64,000 nucleotides of DNA from an uncultured Candidatus Binatia bacterium. Lineage in GTDB: Bacteria; Desulfobacterota; Binatia; UBA9968; JAJDTQ01. Position numbers and translations under genes: made by a program. Of this stretch, positions 59,101 through 64,000 are shown one piece after another. The DNA is taken from assembly GCA_965242525.1 (NCBI GenBank), contig OZ251459.1, positions 2,368,001-2,432,000 of the forward strand. The letters run 5' to 3'. The notes below the pieces were generated by a model. That model was given only the letters and a program-made list of their open reading frames with translations. It searched no databases and had not been told where the DNA came from. Each line of letters opens with the position of its first letter. The first letter of the stretch is position 1.

Positions 59101-60106
59101 GTACCGCCGCCGTTACGCTGATTTTCTGAAGTCCGAATTTCCCCGCATACCGTTGCCGGGCAACCGTGCTCTGTTTGCAGAACTCGTTCCGGTCGGAGCA
59201 CGTCTCGTCAAGTTGCACTTGATGGAGGCCGAAATCGGCAGTGCGGTTGCTCGTGTTTCTTTTCCGGTTTCAGGCACTAATCAAGTGGACAAGGTATCTT
59301 ACACAGCCGGGGATGGCCGATCGGGGCGTGTCTGGATCAATCGTGACCAGTACTTCGATGGCGTAGCCCCGGACGATTTCACTTTCACCATTGGCGGCTA
59401 TCGTCCAGCGGAGAACTGGCTGAAAGAGCGCCAAGGCCGCGTGCTTTCTCAAGACGATGTCCTCTACTACCAGAGGGTCATCACTGCCTTGGCCGAAACC
59501 CGAAGCAGGATGACCGAGATCGACGACGTCATCAGTCGGCATGGTGGTTGGCCAGACGCCTTTCAGCCAAGGAAGACGGAAACCTCGAGGGCCAGGATCA
59601 TTCCGTTCCGCCCTCGCAAGATCGAACCAGAACTGTCGAACCGCTTCGTCACCTGTGTGCCACTCATCCCTCTGCAAGTAGCTGCAGGTGGCTTCGGCGA
59701 TCCACAGCATCTTGAAGACGGAGACTTTTATGAATGGGTAGCCGTTGAGCCACGTCACCGTCTGCGAAAAGGCATGTTCGTTGCCCAGGTCGTCGGCAAG
59801 TCCATGGAGCCCTTGATCCCCGAGGGTTCCTGGTGTCTGTTTCAGTCGCCCGTTGAAGGCACGCGCCAGGGCAAGACCGTTCTGGTTCAACTGCGAGATG
59901 CGCTGGATCCCGAAACCGGTCATCGCTATACAGTCAAACGCTACACGAGTGAGAAGATCCAAGCGGACGATGCTTGGCGCCACACTTGCATTACCCTGAA
60001 TCCGGTCAACCCCGACTTTGATCCTATTGTCCTCACCTCGGACGACGAGGGCGACGTCAAGGTTGTCGCAGAGTTGGTCGAGGTTCTGGAAGGCACACAT
60101 GATTGA
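56180..60106 (+). CDS. Type IIG/ISP-like adenine methyltransferase-TRD with C-terminal S24-like domain
   Basis: GGAG RBS before ATG 56180; FYESFL..YD, GVFYTPRPVV, ILHPASGTGTFL, GNPPYSG, YRRRYADFLKSEFPRIP; C-terminal VVGKSMEP...TVKRY. Confidence 0.87.
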   Translation: MPTDHRTALAAIRRFDQLIAFLRDEMDWPIASGDFEDLTFDYTPEELGIKVQHAAKIQEIKRLRPLAPKQPWGVFFVKFEPKRLPVVALRSILGRVVLKKRASVNDAEQPTWAMEDLLFISNYGEGEARQISFAHFAAPAGGNRLPTLKVLGWDDRATLLHLDHVARELTQRLAWPDDEDDADAWREQWRTAFTLMHRETINTSQALSVHLAGLARSIRERIHFVLEIESDNGRITALMKAFRIALIHDLDEDGFADMAAQTIAYGLLSARIADRERATVPDFTGQMKTNPLLRDLMATFLHLSHGDHGTRIDFDELGVADVVELLDRANMEAVVRDFGDRNPREDPVIHFYESFLTEYDKRKRFKRGVFYTPRPVVSYIIRSVDALLCEDFGLADGLADTSTWAEMAERVEGLIIPEGVSPEQDFVQILHPASGTGTFLVEVIELIYKRCQEKWQSQGHDKGRIEALWNEYVPRHLLPRLHGYELQMAPYTIAHLKISLKLYETGYRFGVDERARVYLTNALEPAQDFSDLLDFAVPAIAHEAQAVNEVKAGQRFTVILGNPPYSGHSANKGKWLRGLLHGCAGDRSVESYFDVDGNRLKERNPKWLNDDYTKFIRLAHWQIEQTGQGIVGFVTNHSYLDNPTFRGMRESLSVTFPRIFLLDLHGNTKKRERTPDGGKDENVFDIQQGVAIGLFARSANEVATVNHADLWGGREHSKFVCLLNDHVLSTPWQTLSPQSPLHLFVPRSDKFQDEYDSGWRLDHVFPVHQVGMTTARDRVVIDFEAIPILERARRFRDSKEADVHLCAELGIPMKKGWNISKARELLQREDDLEDLIKPVLRRPFDARLILYHDSLVWRTMKKLMGHMLAGKNIGIITTRQCKDNWSAMVSNMIITHKALDAYDINSLFPLYIYPLDLATKTSSQRTPNLDSQFTQTFKAAIGLDLITDGVGNLTGTFGPEDIFHYIYTVCYSPEYRRRYADFLKSEFPRIPLPGNRALFAELVPVGARLVKLHLMEAEIGSAVARVSFPVSGTNQVDKVSYTAGDGRSGRVWINRDQYFDGVAPDDFTFTIGGYRPAENWLKERQGRVLSQDDVLYYQRVITALAETRSRMTEIDDVISRHGGWPDAFQPRKTETSRARIIPFRPRKIEPELSNRFVTCVPLIPLQVAAGGFGDPQHLEDGDFYEWVAVEPRHRLRKGMFVAQVVGKSMEPLIPEGSWCLFQSPVEGTRQGKTVLVQLRDALDPETGHRYTVKRYTSEKIQADDAWRHTCITLNPVNPDFDPIVLTSDDEGDVKVVAELVEVLEGTHD

Positions 60107-60172
60107 GACGGGACGGACAAACAGCGTAGTGCTGTGGCCATTTCCAGAATTTTGTGCCATGTGAGATCACTC

Positions 60173-62317
60173 ATGGCAAGACTTGATATGGAGATGCAGA
60201 GAGAGATTGAACAGCCTTTTCGTCCCCGGGCAAGACTGCTGCAACTGCTCGGCGACGAACTGATTGGCAGTCCGCGTCTTGCGGTCTTCGAACTGGTCAA
60301 GAACGCTTACGATGCAGACGCTACCGAGGCTGTCGTCCGGCTTGACCTCGCTTCCGAGGATGACCCCAAGATAACCGTGACCGACAATGGCGAAGGCATG
60401 TCGCCAGATATCATACGGTCCGTATGGCTCGTCCCGGGACATGAGTACCGACAACAACAGCGCGAACGCCGTGAGCGTACCCCTGCACACCATCGACTTC
60501 CTCTCGGGGAAAAGGGTCTCGGGCGCTTTGCAGTACACAAGCTGGGAAACCACATCCGTCTGATTACCCGTGCGCAAGGCTCGGACGAATGCGTTGTGGA
60601 GATCGACTGGAATAAACTGATTGCCCAACCATATCTGGACGAGGCGCCTGTCAGGATACGCATGCGACCCGCGGAAATATTTACACAGGAAAGAACGGGA
60701 ACGCGAATCGAAGTCACTGAACTGCGGCCGCCTGCGTGGTCAAGACGCGAGGTGCGACGTCTTCACAACCAGATCACGTCGATCTGTTCTCCGTTCAGGG
60801 AGCCGGGATATTTTCGAGTGACTCTGGAGGTTCCGGGAAGGGAAAGTTGGATCGGGAATCTCCCCGATTTTGCAGCAATAGTGGAGCAGGCGATATGGAA
60901 GTTTACATTTTGGCTGGAAGATGGAAAATTTGATTGGGAGTACGAGTTTCGGCGACTTCCAGGGTTCGGTCTGGATGGTCGCAAGGTTTCGAAGGAGAGT
61001 GACAGACTGCAACTTCCATTGAGATCCGACGGTAACAGGATGGAAAGAAAAGTTATCGCCGACGAAGCAACTACTCGGGGAATCGGTCCAATTCTTGGAG
61101 AATTCCATGTTTTCGATCGTGATCGGGAAGTGCTTCGGCAACTGACGAATACTCGTCTGATGACCGAATATCTGGATGAAAACGGAGGAGTTCGTGTTTA
61201 TCGTGACGGTATTCGAGTTTACAACTACGGGGAACAGGGCGATGATTGGCTGGGTCTCGATTTGCGGCGCGTGAATATTCCGACTCGTCGTATCAGTCGT
61301 AACATTATCCTGGGTGCGATTCATCTCTCTCTGGATTTATCGGATAGACTGCTGGAAAAGACCAGTCGCGAGGGTTTCGTCGAGAACGACGCCTGCAACC
61401 GACTCAGGCAAATCGTGCTGGGGGCACTGGGGGCGCTGGAAGCAGAACGACAGAAGGACAAAGAGCAAATCAGACGGCTGGCAGAGAGCCCAAGGGACCC
61501 CGTGACCTCCCGGATCAAGAAACCGATTCAAGACTTGAGGGAAGCGCTTGCCGAACAGGAAGTGGCCGACAAATTTGAACCCTACGTAGCGAGGATCGAA
61601 CAGTATTACGACAACATGCAGGAGACGCTGCTTGCCGCCGGCATGTCTGGCTTGAATCTTGCGGTGGTGTTCCACGAGGTGGAGAGGGGCGTCCGCGTCC
61701 TGCATCAGGTCATACTCGAAGGCCGGGACATGGCGGGTGCCGCCAGCCAAGCTCAGGAGCTAGTGCATCTTCTCGACGGTTTTGCCACACTGTTGCGTCG
61801 AGACAGCAAGAAACGACACCATGCAAGTCGCCTCGGTCGGGCGGCGCGGCAGTTCAATAGCTTGCGGCTTCGCCACCACCGGGTCAAGTTTACCTGTCCG
61901 CTGCTTGATGGCGAAGGGGATTTTGAAGCGATCTTTTCGTTCAGACTGATGGTGGGAGCCTTGAACAACCTGATCGACAATTCACTTTACTGGCTCAGAG
62001 TCCGATGGCCAGAAGTCCCGAAGGAGGATGAAAGCTTTGAACGCCGTCTTTTCGTGGGCGCGACCCGGGATTTTGACGACGGACCGGCCATTATCGTTGC
62101 AGATAACGGGGAAGGGTTTCAGGGTGATGACCCAGAGCATCTTGCATATCCGTTTTTTACGCGTAAACCGGACGGCATGGGTCTTGGCCTCTACTATGCA
62201 AACCTTACCATGGAGTTACATGGGGGACGCTTGGTGTTCCCGCAACCGGACGAAGTCGACGTCCCTGATGGATATGACGGTGCTATTGTTGCCATGATTT
62301 TCAAGGAAGAAAAGTGA
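60173..62317 (+). CDS. MORC-like GHKL ATPase fused to a histidine kinase
   Basis: ELVKNAYDADA, DNGEGM and GEKGLGRFA (GHKL); VFHEVE H-box, NLIDNS N-box, ADNGEG, PFFTRK, GMGLGLY. Confidence 0.88.
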   Translation: MARLDMEMQREIEQPFRPRARLLQLLGDELIGSPRLAVFELVKNAYDADATEAVVRLDLASEDDPKITVTDNGEGMSPDIIRSVWLVPGHEYRQQQRERRERTPAHHRLPLGEKGLGRFAVHKLGNHIRLITRAQGSDECVVEIDWNKLIAQPYLDEAPVRIRMRPAEIFTQERTGTRIEVTELRPPAWSRREVRRLHNQITSICSPFREPGYFRVTLEVPGRESWIGNLPDFAAIVEQAIWKFTFWLEDGKFDWEYEFRRLPGFGLDGRKVSKESDRLQLPLRSDGNRMERKVIADEATTRGIGPILGEFHVFDRDREVLRQLTNTRLMTEYLDENGGVRVYRDGIRVYNYGEQGDDWLGLDLRRVNIPTRRISRNIILGAIHLSLDLSDRLLEKTSREGFVENDACNRLRQIVLGALGALEAERQKDKEQIRRLAESPRDPVTSRIKKPIQDLREALAEQEVADKFEPYVARIEQYYDNMQETLLAAGMSGLNLAVVFHEVERGVRVLHQVILEGRDMAGAASQAQELVHLLDGFATLLRRDSKKRHHASRLGRAARQFNSLRLRHHRVKFTCPLLDGEGDFEAIFSFRLMVGALNNLIDNSLYWLRVRWPEVPKEDESFERRLFVGATRDFDDGPAIIVADNGEGFQGDDPEHLAYPFFTRKPDGMGLGLYYANLTMELHGGRLVFPQPDEVDVPDGYDGAIVAMIFKEEK

Positions 62318-63615
62318 TGCTTACCTCTCCAAGGGTCATAGTCGTCGATGACGAGATCGACCATCTGCAAGGTTTGGTACGGTGTCTGAATCGCCATGGC
62401 GCGGCGTGTCTCGGAATACACTTTACAGGAGACCCTTCCGGTATCAAGCCGTGCCCGGACGTCCGAATCATCTTCGCCGATCTGCACCTTGCCGGTCCTG
62501 CATCCAATCCAGATGCGTATTTTGCTACAATCGGCGGACTCCTCGAGGAGACGATCCAGCCGTCCGGTCCTTACTTCATCGTGTTATGGACCGTATATCC
62601 AGATCAGGCGTCGGCGCTGTTGAAGTTCCTCGAGGGTCGGCTTCAGGGTGTAACGAAACCCTTTGACATTCTCCCACTGGGAAAAGGCAGATACCTCGAC
62701 GAGAAGGGTCTGGTCAGGGACGAAGAAGCACTGATGGCGGAAATCCAGGCTATCACCGAAAGGCTTCCTCAAGTCGCTGCCCTTTTCAATTGGGAGCGTC
62801 GTGTGCTCGAAGCGACAGGGAAGACTCTGGCGTCGGTGCTTGAACTGGTGTCAGCAGAAGAAGTGGACAGACGGGCATCGGAGGTCGGCAGGATTCTCGC
62901 GAGCCTTGCAAGCGCGGCAGTTGGCCAGCCTCACGTGGAAGAGGATCGCTTTGGGGCCGTCAACGATGCACTCTTGCCAGTTCTCGCCGACCGGATTGCC
63001 AGTCTGCGCAAAACCGACAGCGACAGGGATGTCTGGGAGAAGGCTTTCGATTCTGTCGTTGTTTCACAAAACCTTTCAGTCCAGGTGAAGGCAAGGCTCA
63101 ATCAGTTGATTCACATCGACGTTATGGAACTCGGCCTCGTGAAAGGATCCGATCTTGGGGCCATCGTTCCACTGCCGGAATCATTTCGGAAAGACTTCGA
63201 GGACATATTTGGAATCGGCGAGAAGGAAGCAGCTAAAACGCAGTTTCACTGTAAGGATTTCAATCCGCAGAGTGATCGTTTTCGCTGGATATTGGTGCAA
63301 TCGCAGGCGGCGTGTGACCACGCTCAGACGCAGCCAGGATCGTTACCATACTATCTTGGCCTCGACCTTCCTCATGCCTGTGTCCAGAAGAATCGGACGC
63401 CTCCTGAGCATTTGTGGAGAACTCCCATATTCAAATTCGGTGGTGGAATTCGTGTTCTGCATGTCAGTGCCCGTTTCCCGACGGGAATGTCTCACGTTCA
63501 GGCTCAGAGTACCACACCGATATACCGACTTCGTGAACAGATCTTCAACCATATGATCTACAGACTCCACAGTCATGGTGCTCGTCCGGGCATGATCTCC
63601 TTTCCCGGGCGGTGA
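62314..63615 (+). CDS. Receiver-domain protein with large C-terminal extension
   Basis: VIVVDDE, IFADLHL and IVLWT receiver motifs; C-terminal QAACD.AQ and RLRE; translationally coupled to the kinase. Confidence 0.75.
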   Translation: MMLTSPRVIVVDDEIDHLQGLVRCLNRHGAACLGIHFTGDPSGIKPCPDVRIIFADLHLAGPASNPDAYFATIGGLLEETIQPSGPYFIVLWTVYPDQASALLKFLEGRLQGVTKPFDILPLGKGRYLDEKGLVRDEEALMAEIQAITERLPQVAALFNWERRVLEATGKTLASVLELVSAEEVDRRASEVGRILASLASAAVGQPHVEEDRFGAVNDALLPVLADRIASLRKTDSDRDVWEKAFDSVVVSQNLSVQVKARLNQLIHIDVMELGLVKGSDLGAIVPLPESFRKDFEDIFGIGEKEAAKTQFHCKDFNPQSDRFRWILVQSQAACDHAQTQPGSLPYYLGLDLPHACVQKNRTPPEHLWRTPIFKFGGGIRVLHVSARFPTGMSHVQAQSTTPIYRLREQIFNHMIYRLHSHGARPGMISFPGR

Positions 63616-63662
63616 GTATCCCGCCGGTTACAGCGATCTTGCAGAGTATCTGGAACACATGG

Positions 63663-64000
63663 TCAGACGCTCGATACCAGTGACCGGACTACCGTTTCCA
63701 TGACCGGCGGACATACGCCATTTCCGAGAAGCCGTATCTGGTCGCGGCGTGAACCTGCGGGCAACCTGAAGTCGTCGCTGAACCCCATGGCCCGCTTGAG
63801 TTCGGGCACCTGTAGCATCCGCATCCTCGGCGCGCCACCATCCCAGTGGACGAGTGCAAACCGGTCCACGGTGGTGATCGTGCGGAGGGGACGGTCGAGA
63901 GGCTGCCAGCCCCCGCTTCCGTCATTGCTGTAATAGACGAGCAGGAAACTGGCATATTCGCCAAGGGCGTCGAATCCCCGTTTCGCCCTTTCGAGGGTGG
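63663..64000 (-). CDS. C5 cytosine DNA methyltransferase, C-terminal part (partial)
   Basis: DRPLRTITTVDRFALV...RMLQVPELKRAMGF...LLGNGVCPPVM (motifs IX-X). Confidence 0.85.
   Translation of the reverse strand, partial: TLERAKRGFDALGEYASFLLVYYSNDGSGGWQPLDRPLRTITTVDRFALVHWDGGAPRMRMLQVPELKRAMGFSDDFRLPAGSRRDQIRLLGNGVCPPVMETVVRSLVSSV

Overview
High-GC bacterial chromosomal window. Housekeeping genes include ligA (3' end), rsmI, a split NAD synthetase, amgK/murU-like genes, ridA, rluD and gltA. They are interspersed with catabolic enzymes, two defence regions and many short mobile repeats. The top finding is a shufflon-like inversion switch for an outer-membrane porin. A Cre-like tyrosine recombinase (7398-8351) lies just outside a ~6.6 kb segment bounded by two inverted 28-bp 11+6+11 sites (8566-8593 and 15155-15182). 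One site sits inside an intact OprO/OprP-like porin gene. The other heads a start-less second beta-barrel cassette that inversion would fuse in frame to the same promoter and N-terminus. Other highlights: a deiodinase-like selenoprotein with an fdhF-like SECIS, a MITE family with 4-bp target duplications (one copy inserted in frame in a lipoprotein signal peptide), and five membrane-anchored heptad/hendecad coiled-coil proteins. The defence regions contain a type I RM with an HTH-HsdM fusion, a half-size HsdS and AIPR, and a PLD-SNF2 / IIG-ISP methylase / GHKL-kinase / receiver / C5-methylase island. A separate methylase is frameshifted in a G7 tract. All calls come from reading motifs by eye; no database searches were run. 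No rRNA, tRNA or CRISPR array was recognised.
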